Part shown: one piece after another, positions 20,028 through 29,120 of the stretch
Layout of the letters: each line of letters starts with the position of its first letter
Numbering within the stretch: the first letter of the stretch is position 1
The notes under the pieces: generated by a model
What the model saw: the letters and a program-made list of their open reading frames with translations, nothing else
Told to the model about the DNA's origin: nothing
Database searches by the model: none
From: an uncultured delta proteobacterium
Lineage (GTDB): Bacteria; Desulfobacterota; BSN033; UBA1163
Assembly (NCBI GenBank): GCA_963827685.1
Contig: CAWHBU010000005.1
Location: 96,001-160,000, forward strand
Length of the DNA: 64,000 bases
Direction of reading: 5' to 3'
Made by a program: the position numbers and the translations under genes

Positions 20028-20173
20028 ATCCCCCCTCCACTGGCGGGAGGGGATTAAGGGGAGGGGGATAAAAACGGTGATAATGCACCCTCTCCCCCTG
20101 CCTACCGGCAGGCAGCCCTCTCCCCTGCCTTCGCCGAAGCGGCTTCGCGCAGGCAGACATCAAGGGAGAGGGA
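20028..20173. repeat. CCCTCTCCC/GGGAGAGGG hairpin repeat pair carrying two inserted CCTGC..GCAG mini-elements
   Basis: Removing 20124-20157 restores CCCTCTCCC-ATCAA-GGGAGAGGG. A second insert lies at 20097-20115. Confidence 0.75.
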
Positions 20174-20280
20174 GAATTGGATCGGGTCAATGTCTATTTT
20201 TGGGCTCATGCCTACTCTTTGAAAGAATACCATCCTATGGTAGACTGTGGAATCATCCCGCACGGGAACGGTCTGAGGAA

Positions 20281-20649
20281 ATGCTCTACAAGATTCTTGC
20301 GGATAGTGTGGTGTTGATCCACTTTCTCTGGATCGTCTTTCTCTTTTTCGGTGCCTTTTTGGGAGTCAAGAATAAGATTGTAAAGATCTTCCATCTCTCC
20401 GGCCTTGTCTTTGCTTTCGTCATTCAGGTATTTGATTGGTACTGTCCTCTCACCCATCTCGAGGTCTGGTTGAGATCGAAACACGATTTCACGCTGACTT
20501 ATGCTGGTTCGTTCATCATTCATTATGTAGAAAGAATAGTGTATATTGAACTTTCTCGTACCCTTATTCTTTTCCTCACGCTCTTGCTATGCGGCTTCAA
20601 TGCATGGTTTTATCTTAGGAAGAGAAAGAGACTTCAGCTCAGCAACTAA
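20281..20649 (+). CDS. DUF2784-like membrane protein
   Basis: LADSVVLIHFLW...CPLTHLEVWLR...FIIHY pattern. The upstream ORF extension is repeat-derived. Confidence 0.75.
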   Translation: MLYKILADSVVLIHFLWIVFLFFGAFLGVKNKIVKIFHLSGLVFAFVIQVFDWYCPLTHLEVWLRSKHDFTLTYAGSFIIHYVERIVYIELSRTLILFLTLLLCGFNAWFYLRKRKRLQLSN

Positions 20650-20661
20650 CACGGAGGTTTT

Positions 20662-21177
20662 ATGCCGACGGCAGATGAAATAATGACTTTATTTAATTTA
20701 AAACCCCATCCAGAAGAAGGAGGTTACTTTGTGGAGACTTATCGGTCTTCGGAAACCCTCTCAGAGAAGGTTTTGCCAAGTCGATATAAAGGTATTAGGT
20801 CTTTTGGAACAGCAATCTATTATTTACTAACGCCTGAAACCTTTTCTGCTGTGCACCGACTTCAGTCAGATGAGGTTTTTCATTTCTATTTGGGTGACCC
20901 AGTCGAAATGCTTCAACTCTGGCCTGACGGATCGGGTAAGGTTATTACGGTTGGCTCTGATATTCTTAATGGAATGCAACCACAGGTCATCGTCCCAAGA
21001 GGGGTTTGGCAGGGAGCAAGGCTTCTTAAAAATGGAAGATTCGCTCTATTAGGCACGACCGTCTCGCCTGGATTTGAATTGGCAGATTATGAATCCGGCC
21101 GCAGAGAGGAATTGGCTAATTCCCATCCCCAATTCCGAGATTTGATTATTGCATTAACTAAGGATAGCAGCAGGTGA
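20662..21177 (+). CDS. Cupin_5 (DUF985) family protein
   Basis: LKPHPEEGGYF, TAIYYLL, HRLQSDEVFHFYLG, VSPGF. Confidence 0.85.
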   Translation: MPTADEIMTLFNLKPHPEEGGYFVETYRSSETLSEKVLPSRYKGIRSFGTAIYYLLTPETFSAVHRLQSDEVFHFYLGDPVEMLQLWPDGSGKVITVGSDILNGMQPQVIVPRGVWQGARLLKNGRFALLGTTVSPGFELADYESGRREELANSHPQFRDLIIALTKDSSR

Positions 21178-21190
21178 TGAATAGATGAGT

Positions 21191-21716
21191 AAAGAACCCC
21201 GCAGCAGAGCTGCGGGGCATTAAAATTCAAAACTTAATTGCTCCTGTTGCTGATACTTTATATAGCGACGTATGACTTCAGAGGTAACTTTGTCTCCAAC
21301 AGACCGAACAAAATACCCATCACTCCAAAACTCTCCACCCCAAAGCTCTTTCTTCACCTCTGGAAACTGCTTGAACACCATTTTCGCCGAGATACTCTTT
21401 ATGATCTGCACAATCTCTGCCGGACAATACCGAGGAGGGGCAGACAAAAATAAATGAACATGATCATCCTTTACCTCCATCGTATCTATCTCAAACTCGT
21501 ACCTCTCCGATATTTGCTCAAAACTCATCTTAAGCCTTTTTGCCAACTCACCTCCCAATATCATCTTCCGATATTTGGGAACCCATACCATATGATATTT
21601 CAAATCGTAGACCGCATGGCTTGTTCTTTTTATCGAGCTCATGCAGTACTTATACCATGTCTTATCGCTTCGCGAACCTGTTTTCATCCGCCCAGCAGAG
21701 CTGGGCGGTATTCAAC
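21191..21716 (-). mobile_element. IS200-type element (tnpA only) bounded by subterminal hairpins
   Basis: Hairpins CCCCGCAGC-AGA-GCTGCGGGG (21197-21217) and CCGCCCAGC-AGA-GCTGGGCGG (21688-21708) flank tnpA. Exact ends are uncertain. Confidence 0.8.
21220..21642 (-). CDS. tnpA: IS200/IS605 family Y1 transposase TnpA
   Basis: YHMVWVPKYR, DHVHL (HUH), LWGGEFWSDGYF, RYIKYQ. Alternative start at 21687. Confidence 0.92.
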   Translation of the reverse strand: MSSIKRTSHAVYDLKYHMVWVPKYRKMILGGELAKRLKMSFEQISERYEFEIDTMEVKDDHVHLFLSAPPRYCPAEIVQIIKSISAKMVFKQFPEVKKELWGGEFWSDGYFVRSVGDKVTSEVIRRYIKYQQQEQLSFEF

Positions 21717-21866
21717 AGGTATTTTTTATAAAGGAGTGATGGGACGTATGAATTATTTAAAAGATTGGTGGAAATTCCAGGAGGGAGTGGATTTGAAGAA
21801 AAAGTCATCGAATTTATGGGCCCAACTCAGGCGACATGAGTGATTTGATTCGTAAGGTCTGAATCC

Positions 21867-22445
21867 TTATTTCAAGCCATCTTCTTTTTTAGCTTCTTCC
21901 TTCTTCAAGCCACCAATCCGAGGATGAGGTCTGCCGGAGGAAGTGACAACGATGGCAACCAGGATTTCATCGGATCTGGGCGCATCCGGAACTCTCACAG
22001 ACATTGCATCAAAGTGAGAGCGAACAAAGGCTGCATCCTTGTAATGGAGAGGAACGTCAATCTCTGTTCCTGGACCTCCCATTTTCTTGGCTGAAGGAAT
22101 AATGGCTTTTCCTCCGCCCACTGCTTCTCTCAAAGGTGTTCCCAATTTGGGATGCAAGATGGCTGCGGCGTGCTCCAGTTCGCCATCCACTCCCACGATG
22201 GCTGCCTTTCCATAACTCTCAGCATTTTTAGGAGGTATTTTCAGTGCCTCAACTGCCTTCTTTCCCAAGATCCCTCCCAACTCTTCCCCGATATCGATGA
22301 GTTCATCCAATTTCTCTACATACTTTCCCGCAAAGGGATTCTTAATCACTGCCACAGCAGCGGCCTTTCGAGTGGGAGGATCAACCTTCTTTCCTCCCTC
22401 TACTACTGTTTCTTCCACAATGGTGACATATTTTCTAACTTCCAT
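21867..22445 (-). CDS. Amino acid synthesis family protein (DUF1185)
   Basis: NPFAG, SYGKAAIVGVDGELEH, RSHFD, GRPHPRIGGL. Confidence 0.85.
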   Translation of the reverse strand: MEVRKYVTIVEETVVEGGKKVDPPTRKAAAVAVIKNPFAGKYVEKLDELIDIGEELGGILGKKAVEALKIPPKNAESYGKAAIVGVDGELEHAAAILHPKLGTPLREAVGGGKAIIPSAKKMGGPGTEIDVPLHYKDAAFVRSHFDAMSVRVPDAPRSDEILVAIVVTSSGRPHPRIGGLKKEEAKKEDGLK

Positions 22446-22470
22446 GTCTTCACCTCCCATGAATTAAAAT

Positions 22471-22570
22471 CGCATAGAGCAAAGCGCATAGCGCATAGCG
22501 TAAAGAATGTAGCGTCGGCATTTATTGCCGATGGCATCTTCTATCGCCCCCAGTAAATGGGGGCGCTACA
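22471..22570. repeat. GCGCATA heptamer run followed by a GTAG-type REP doublet (TGTAGCG...CGCTACA)
   Basis: Similar doublets lie at 26808-26867 and 48534-48597; a similar heptamer run lies at 26742-26772. Confidence 0.75.
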
Positions 22571-22596
22571 ATTATTAAACCCCTAATCCCAGAACG

Positions 22597-23472
22597 CTAC
22601 AACTTCGTCAACCAAGAATCTAAAGAACCCGTCCGGGCCACTCTTCCTTGTAATGCGATCAAAGCTCCGTAGATCAATCCCTTCTGACAGATCGAGTAGG
22701 CTTTTGACAGCCCATTGTTTAATGCTTCTTCAATCTTTTCCTGAGATAATTTTCCCACTTTGATGGTGACCCATTCTCCAGCGATATCCGTATCAGGGTA
22801 GATCTTTTCTGCCAGAGACCTCATGATATTCGGATCTTCAACATTGGTAAAGTTTCCAATGACGGTCGCTGCCGCATCGGAGAAGGCCGCCGTCTGAGAG
22901 AGGACCGTTGCAGCCGAAGCGATCCCTTTTGTAAAACTCCTTCCTCCGAGTCCACTGGTTGCCACTCCACCAATCCCCATGGTGGAATCGATTGAAATGA
23001 GATAGGTAGGTTGTTTTGCATCAATCTCTGTTTTTACTCCTACTCTTGCCACTTCCCCTTCTCTCAACCGGATGGCGATATCTCCTCCATTATCTACGAT
23101 AATTTTTGTTCCCCCTCGGCTGAAAATAAAATCGGCAACCACATCAGAGGCTGCTCCTGCAACAGCAGCAAGAGGAGTTAAATCTGGCTCACCCATCTTC
23201 TTTGTTGCTTCGATCATTCTTTGAACCACATCGGGAAAGGTCCCTTCGATTTCCAATTCCTTTGATCTCTTTTTCATTATAGGAAGAAATTTTGCTAAGT
23301 CCTCAAGAACCCGCATCGCCAGATGAGCCCCCTCTTTCGCCAATGGTACAAGAGGTTTTCTATTCTCAAAGGCACTAATGAACATCCGCATGGGACCATA
23401 GTCCACGAGAACGGTTCCATCAGGTAAAGCCTGCACAGGATCATGTCTGGTTATCTTCTCGGTCAATTGCAT
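22597..23472 (-). CDS. UPF0280 / ApbE-like family protein
   Basis: TPLAAVAGA, VDNGGDIA, GVATSGLGGRSF, DAAAT. Confidence 0.85.
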   Translation of the reverse strand: MQLTEKITRHDPVQALPDGTVLVDYGPMRMFISAFENRKPLVPLAKEGAHLAMRVLEDLAKFLPIMKKRSKELEIEGTFPDVVQRMIEATKKMGEPDLTPLAAVAGAASDVVADFIFSRGGTKIIVDNGGDIAIRLREGEVARVGVKTEIDAKQPTYLISIDSTMGIGGVATSGLGGRSFTKGIASAATVLSQTAAFSDAAATVIGNFTNVEDPNIMRSLAEKIYPDTDIAGEWVTIKVGKLSQEKIEEALNNGLSKAYSICQKGLIYGALIALQGRVARTGSLDSWLTKL

Positions 23473-23486
23473 CCTTGTACCCACTA

Positions 23487-23625
23487 AATTCCAACAACCA
23501 AATCCCAAGTTCCAAATAATTACCAAATTTCAATTTCCAAAATCAATAAATCGAGTATAAGCTTTGGATTTTGGTCATTGACGATTGGAATTTATTTGGG
23601 TATTGGTGCTGGGATTTTGGAATTT
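23487..23625. repeat. TTGGAAT/ATTCCAA-type heptamer inverted repeat array
   Basis: aaattccaacaaccaaatcccaagttccaaat... followed by ...ttggaatttatttgggtattggtgctgggattttggaattt. Confidence 0.75.
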
Positions 23626-25150
23626 ATCTGATCTTCTTTATCTCCTTCAATACATCTTTCAGTTTTCGGATTTTCTCTTTATGGCCACCCATTTCCAAAT
23701 ATTCTTTCAAACGCATCGTATATTCAAGAGGAACAACCGTCGCTGGAGTGGGAACATAAGTAAATGCTCTGACCATCACCTTCTCGACATCCACTAAGAA
23801 AGTGATCCCACCTCCTGGAAGGATATAGGTTGGCGCTCCACCCACGGTCAGCTTTGCCCGATTTTGATGAATGGCTTGGTTGAGTTTAACAGGTACCTTC
23901 GTGACCCCTGCCCTTGCACTTCCACCAGACCCACCTGCAAAGACGGCGGAAACTCTTGATGGTTGACAGTTGGAAGCAATTATATCCACCGCCATTTTTG
24001 CCTTCGGGGTCAATTCAATCTGAGTAAACTTACCATCCTTCCCCAGACGAAACATCGCTGCTCTCTCAGCTGTCGTCTCGGTGATCAAGACGGTCATCCC
24101 AGGTTTGGCAACCTTTGGATCGAAACCTTCGATGATCTTAAGGGGGTCTTCAATGGGTGTGCCTCCCCAACCCCGACCATGCTCTCCAAAATATCTGCCG
24201 GGGGTAGATTGCCTTGCCTTTAAGCGTATACCGCTATATTTTGCACCCAGCTCCCTTCCTGCAGCATGCTCTGTGAATTGACCGATCAGGTGAGCATCGA
24301 GAACGATCACTTCATCCGCAGCATCTAAAAAACATCTACCGAAGAGACCCATTGAGGCACTGCCACAACCTACCCTCATCCTCGTCCCTGTTTCCCCATC
24401 AATGACAGGGGCTTTGCCCACCTGAAGAACCAGTTCGGCTCCATCTTCTACTTTAAGATGGACTTCTCTCCGGTTGGCGATGTCAACAATGAGCTTCGCC
24501 ACAGCGATGCCATCTTTCCCGGTTAAGAGGTTGACTCCCCCCAAGGAAAGAATTTTAGAACCATATTCTTCTGTACAGAGATGTCCTACTTTCTTTTTTC
24601 CTATCAGGACAGGCGCACCCTCATTGCCCATATGTAAATCTGTATCTACCTTCACCTTGATCCCACTGTAACTCAAAGGCGCTTCTGTGACGACCGTGAC
24701 AACATCGATCCCTTTCAATCGAGATTGAACAATATACGGGGCAGGTTTGGTATCGGGGTAAGTGGTGCCAGCTCCGATGCCTGTAATCAATGGTCTCCGA
24801 ATGGCTTCCTCATGATCTTCGCCAACGATCTCTTTCACATCTTCATAACGCTGTAGCGGGATGTTACGGACGAGTTCTCCATCCTGATTGATGAACCGTT
24901 GGCAGGCCCCTGTATTGCCAACCTGGATAGTGCAGGAGATCGGGCACGATGGACATTGAACGCCCCCCTCTCTCGGCTCTGGCTCAGGCCCGATTGCCTC
25001 TTTCGGGCAAACTTTAGTGCACGCCTCACAATCCACACAGATATTAGAGATTGAGGCTTTCTTCTTATCTTTCATTAAAGAGATAGCTCCTAAAGGACAC
25101 ACCTCCACGCACAATCCGCAACCAATACAAGTTTCCCAATCAACAATCAT
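23624..25150 (-). CDS. 6-hydroxynicotinate reductase-like Fe-S protein
   Basis: N-terminal 2x[4Fe-4S] ferredoxin motifs, CPSCPISC...GAC, TGIGAGTTYPD.KPAP, MRVGCGSA, GGSARAGVT; adjacent to the enamidase-like gene. Confidence 0.75.
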   Translation of the reverse strand: MIVDWETCIGCGLCVEVCPLGAISLMKDKKKASISNICVDCEACTKVCPKEAIGPEPEPREGGVQCPSCPISCTIQVGNTGACQRFINQDGELVRNIPLQRYEDVKEIVGEDHEEAIRRPLITGIGAGTTYPDTKPAPYIVQSRLKGIDVVTVVTEAPLSYSGIKVKVDTDLHMGNEGAPVLIGKKKVGHLCTEEYGSKILSLGGVNLLTGKDGIAVAKLIVDIANRREVHLKVEDGAELVLQVGKAPVIDGETGTRMRVGCGSASMGLFGRCFLDAADEVIVLDAHLIGQFTEHAAGRELGAKYSGIRLKARQSTPGRYFGEHGRGWGGTPIEDPLKIIEGFDPKVAKPGMTVLITETTAERAAMFRLGKDGKFTQIELTPKAKMAVDIIASNCQPSRVSAVFAGGSGGSARAGVTKVPVKLNQAIHQNRAKLTVGGAPTYILPGGGITFLVDVEKVMVRAFTYVPTPATVVPLEYTMRLKEYLEMGGHKEKIRKLKDVLKEIKKIR

Positions 25151-25170
25151 GGTTCAGGTCCTTCTTTGCT

Positions 25171-25533
25171 TGTCATTCCTGCAAAAGCAGGAATCTATAT
25201 CAACTCAAAATAGAGGTCTCTCCATCCAGGATTGTTCTTTTCAATAAGCTCCATTTTCCAAGTTCTCTTCCATTTCTTCAGGTGCTTTTCTCTTGCAATG
25301 GCGCTGTTAATATCCTCCGTTGTTTCATAATAAACTAAATGATGAACTTTATATTTTTGAGTAAAACCACTAACCAAATTATTTTTATGTTCATAAACCC
25401 TTTTAATCAGATTTGAAGTGACGCCCACATACAATGTCCCATTTCTTTTACTTGCTAACAGATAGACGTAATATTGACGGCTACCCATTGTATTACTATA
25501 TACTTCTGGATTCCCGCTTCTGCGGGAATGACA
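25171..25533. mobile_element. GIY-YIG gene flanked by inverted TGTCATTCC-N-GGAATC hairpin repeats
   Basis: TGTCATTCCTGCAAAAGCAGGAATCT (25171-25196) and GGATTCCCGCTTCTGCGGGAATGACA (25508-25533). Confidence 0.7.
25195..25488 (-). CDS. GIY-YIG nuclease family protein (YhbQ-like)
   Basis: YYVYLLAS..NGTLYVGVT..L..RVYEH, AIAREK.LKKWKR.WK. Confidence 0.9.
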   Translation of the reverse strand: MGSRQYYVYLLASKRNGTLYVGVTSNLIKRVYEHKNNLVSGFTQKYKVHHLVYYETTEDINSAIAREKHLKKWKRTWKMELIEKNNPGWRDLYFELI

Positions 25534-25553
25534 CAGTGACTACTTCCTATTTC

Positions 25554-26717
25554 CTATTTCGCGGTTACTATCTTTCCATTCGGTGGCGGAGTATTTCTAC
25601 TCACTCCAATCTTCATTACACCATCAATCATCACTCCTGCAATTCCTGGGATGTCACCTGCTTCAATAGCAGAGAGGGCATCTTTGCCAACCGATCCCAT
25701 GGGTGCATCCATAATGACCAGATCAGCTTCCTTTCCAACCTCAACCACTCCTCTGTTCAATTTGTAAACTTTTGCCGTATTCCCGGTAGCCATGGCAATG
25801 GCTTCTTCTGCTTTCACACCGCAGAGGGATGCCAAGAAGTTGATTACCCTGAGAATCCCAAGAGGGATTACACCCGTTCCAGACGGAGCATCATTCCCAA
25901 TGATGATTCTGGGGTATGCCTTTACCTCTTTCACAATTTTCATCACATCCACAATCATCTTCGAATTTCCACAATGGACGATCTCCAAAGTAAGAGAGGT
26001 TTTTCGAATCAATTTTTCCGCTTCAGTAATGGAAATGGCCGTGGGACCTCCGTTAATATGGGAGACAATATCTGGATCCGCAGCAATCACATCATCAGCA
26101 GGAACAGTGGTGCTTCCAGGGATTGAAGTCCCTCCAGTATGCATCATCACAACCATCCCGTATTTCTTCGCCCATTTGACCATAGGGGCTGCATCTTTTG
26201 GGCTCTTCACTCCTCCCAAACCAATTTCCCCTACCACCTTAACGCCTTCTTTAGCCAATTCTTCAAAATCCTTCTCCTGCAAGCCAGGCTCAAGAATGAG
26301 ACCTCCCCCCAATACCTTCACCCCTGCAGGTCTGGCACTAGCAAAAGATTTAGCAGCAAGAATGGCCAGAGCCTTCGTTCCTGCAACATCCTTCGGCCTC
26401 CCGGCAAGATGAACCTCTCCTGCTGAGATAAGGGTTGTGACTCCTCCATGGAGTGAGGATTCGATAAAGTCCAACATCTTCTGCCGGGGTGTAAAATCTC
26501 CGAGAACAGGATGGCAATGAGAATCGATAAGCCCGGGGGTGATGATCATCCCCCCGATATCCATCACCTGATCCACTCCTTTGGTGTCAAGGTTCTTCTC
26601 CCTGCCGATGGCTTGAATCAGTCCTCCCTCTATCATGAGGGTGTCGGCATTCAAAATAGGATTAGAAATATTCCCCGAAACCAAGGCGCCGATATTCTTG
26701 ATCATCAGTTTAGCCAT
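25554..26717 (-). CDS. Enamidase-like amidohydrolase
   Basis: PGLIDSHCH, GDFTPRQ, MHTGGTSIPG, SHINGG, GNDAPSGTG; 387 aa; nicotinate-cluster context. Confidence 0.85.
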   Translation of the reverse strand: MAKLMIKNIGALVSGNISNPILNADTLMIEGGLIQAIGREKNLDTKGVDQVMDIGGMIITPGLIDSHCHPVLGDFTPRQKMLDFIESSLHGGVTTLISAGEVHLAGRPKDVAGTKALAILAAKSFASARPAGVKVLGGGLILEPGLQEKDFEELAKEGVKVVGEIGLGGVKSPKDAAPMVKWAKKYGMVVMMHTGGTSIPGSTTVPADDVIAADPDIVSHINGGPTAISITEAEKLIRKTSLTLEIVHCGNSKMIVDVMKIVKEVKAYPRIIIGNDAPSGTGVIPLGILRVINFLASLCGVKAEEAIAMATGNTAKVYKLNRGVVEVGKEADLVIMDAPMGSVGKDALSAIEAGDIPGIAGVMIDGVMKIGVSRNTPPPNGKIVTAK

Positions 26718-26871
26718 GTGGATCCTCCCCTTAATTTAAAATCGCAAAGAGCATAGCGCATGGAGCATAGCGAAAAAATACAATGGTCAATAATCAATCA
26801 TCATACATGTAGCGCCCTCATTTAATGAGGGCGAACTAAGCCGTCGGGAGTAAATGCCGACGCTACATTCC

Positions 26872-29115
26872 TTATGACTTATCCTTACTTTTTTGTATTG
26901 CCTCCAACACCCGTTCCAAGTTTGCTGGCAGATGATAAATTCTCTGCCCAATGGCATCTGCAATCGCATTCAAAATCGCAGGAGCAGACGGGATGAGGGC
27001 TGGTTCTCCAACTCCTTTCGCTCCAAAGGGCCCTGTCGGCTCCTCCTCTTCAACAATAATGGGAATCACTTCTGGAACGTCCTTCGATGTCGGGATGAGG
27101 TAATTGACAAAAGAGGTTGTCTCACCTGAAACGAATTCCTCCATCAATGCAAACCCCGTCCCCATGGCTACACCACCCATGATTTGGCCGATCACATTCT
27201 TAAGATGGATGGCCTTCCCGACATCGTGGCTGGCGATCACCCGTTGGACCTTCACCTTACCCGTTTCTGTATCCACCTCTACTTCAGCTAAATGAGTCGC
27301 AAAGGCATAAGTGCCATAAGGAGCCCCTTGCCCAGTTTCAGGATCGAGCCGGGTTGTCTCTGGATCAAAGTTCCCTTCTCCCCTCAATATCCTTCCACAT
27401 TTTTTAGCCACTTCTTTTATAGAAATGGAGACTGAAGGATTTGACTTCTGTCTGATCTCTCCCTCTTCGAAGTAAAGGTCTTTTCCATCGACTCCTGAAA
27501 TTCGACTCGTTTCTTTAATTACATCCTCTTTTAAATTTTTAACGGCATTGAGAATGGCGTTTCCAGAAATATAAGTCTGGCGACTCGCTGAAGTGGCCCC
27601 TGCATCAGTGGTCACGGCTGTATCTGCACGAATCAGACGAATCTCTTTTAAAGGAACTCCTATCGCTTCAGAGGCGATCTGGAGAAGGACGGTATCAGAA
27701 CCCTGCCCAATATCCGCTACCCCTGTAAATAGTCGAATCTCTCCATTTAGATCAATCTCCATCTGGGCGGTCGAAGGGTTGGCAATCCCTGTATTACCAA
27801 TCCCATACCACATCGAACCAATTCCAATTCCTTTCTTGATGAACGGCTTTTTCGAATCGTTTTTGGAGATGGCAGAACAATCCATCCATTCTTTCACTTT
27901 TCTAAGCGTCTCCTCTATTCCAACACTGTCCATTAAGGTTTGACCGGTCGCTGTCTCAGAACCTACGCGAAGAGAATTTTTAAGGCGAATTTCAATGGGG
28001 TTCATCTTCAGGGCTTGGGCAAGAAGATCCATCTGAGATTCGTGAGCAAAAGCCATTTGAGGAACTCCAAACCCCCGCATTGCACCAGACCATGAGTTGT
28101 TGGTATAGGCCATCCGGCTCCTCACCTTCACATTTGGAACTTGATAGGGCCCTGTGGCATGAACAGCAGATCGTATGGCTACTGTAGATCCATAAGAGGC
28201 ATAGGCGCCAGTATCTCCCAGGATGTCTACTTCCACGGCTGTGAGCGTTCCGTCTTTCCTCACACCACTTTTATATCGAATCTTTAAGGGATGGCGCTTG
28301 GAGGTAACTTGAAAAACTTCCTCCCGCGAGTAAACCATTTTCACTGGCTTTTTCAGATGAAAAACAGCCAGAGCTAACAAGCACTGGACAGTGATATCCA
28401 ATCTTCCCCCAAATCCTCCTCCGGTTGCACATTGGATGATCCTTACCTGTTCCAATGGCAAGGAGAGAACAGAGGCTACCTCTTTCTGATCGTAATGGAC
28501 ATTTTGAGTCGGGCAGACGACTGTGATTCTTCCTTCTTCATCCAGGTAGGAAATCCCGGCATCGGGTTCTAAATAGGCGTGGTCAACCCATGTGGTCGTG
28601 TAGGTTTCTTCAATGGTTACTTCTGCCTCTTTAAATCCTCTCTGGCTATCCCCTTTAATCACATGAAATTCCAGAAGCAAGTTTCCTTTTTCGTGAATCA
28701 AAGGCGCATGCGGTTGAAGGGCTTCTTCTGGATGGGTAATGGAAGGAAGATCTTCATAGACCACCGCCAGCTTTTTTGAAGCCTCTTCCGCAACCTCTTC
28801 TGTTTTAGCAGCCACCAACGCAACTGGATCGCCGACGTACCTCACGCGATCCGAAGCCAGAATGGGTTGATCTTTATTAATTGTCCCAATCAAATTCTTT
28901 CCAGGAATATCTTTCGATGTGAAGACCTTCTCCACGCCTGGAACCCTGAGAGCTTCATCTATTTCGATTCTCAGAATTTTGGCATGAGGTTTTGGACTGC
29001 GAATGACTTTGAGGTAAAGGGGATCGCTAATAGGTAAATCTGCTCCATACTTCGCTTCCCCCAGAGTTTTGTCCAGAACACCCACCTTTGGAATCTCAAT
29101 TCCAACCTGTCTCAT
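26872..29115 (-). CDS. Xanthine dehydrogenase-family Mo subunit (nicotinate dehydrogenase large-subunit-like)
   Basis: HAYLEP, GGGFGGR, GAMRGFG, GQGSDT, GAKGVGE. Confidence 0.9.
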   Translation of the reverse strand: MRQVGIEIPKVGVLDKTLGEAKYGADLPISDPLYLKVIRSPKPHAKILRIEIDEALRVPGVEKVFTSKDIPGKNLIGTINKDQPILASDRVRYVGDPVALVAAKTEEVAEEASKKLAVVYEDLPSITHPEEALQPHAPLIHEKGNLLLEFHVIKGDSQRGFKEAEVTIEETYTTTWVDHAYLEPDAGISYLDEEGRITVVCPTQNVHYDQKEVASVLSLPLEQVRIIQCATGGGFGGRLDITVQCLLALAVFHLKKPVKMVYSREEVFQVTSKRHPLKIRYKSGVRKDGTLTAVEVDILGDTGAYASYGSTVAIRSAVHATGPYQVPNVKVRSRMAYTNNSWSGAMRGFGVPQMAFAHESQMDLLAQALKMNPIEIRLKNSLRVGSETATGQTLMDSVGIEETLRKVKEWMDCSAISKNDSKKPFIKKGIGIGSMWYGIGNTGIANPSTAQMEIDLNGEIRLFTGVADIGQGSDTVLLQIASEAIGVPLKEIRLIRADTAVTTDAGATSASRQTYISGNAILNAVKNLKEDVIKETSRISGVDGKDLYFEEGEIRQKSNPSVSISIKEVAKKCGRILRGEGNFDPETTRLDPETGQGAPYGTYAFATHLAEVEVDTETGKVKVQRVIASHDVGKAIHLKNVIGQIMGGVAMGTGFALMEEFVSGETTSFVNYLIPTSKDVPEVIPIIVEEEEPTGPFGAKGVGEPALIPSAPAILNAIADAIGQRIYHLPANLERVLEAIQKSKDKS

Positions 29116-29120
29116 TTTTA

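Noticed and set aside
20008-20280. N-terminal extension of the 213-aa ORF, and other ORFs over repeats (2836-3120, 48261-48557, 53596-53959, 54905-55196)
   Set aside because: These are translations of palindromic or heptamer repeats, not protein-like sequence.
21739-21843. 34-codon ORF with an SD after the IS200
   Set aside because: No recognisable motif; cannot be supported without homology data.
26872-29115. Selenocysteine recoding in the Mo subunit
   Set aside because: The ORF has no in-frame TGA.
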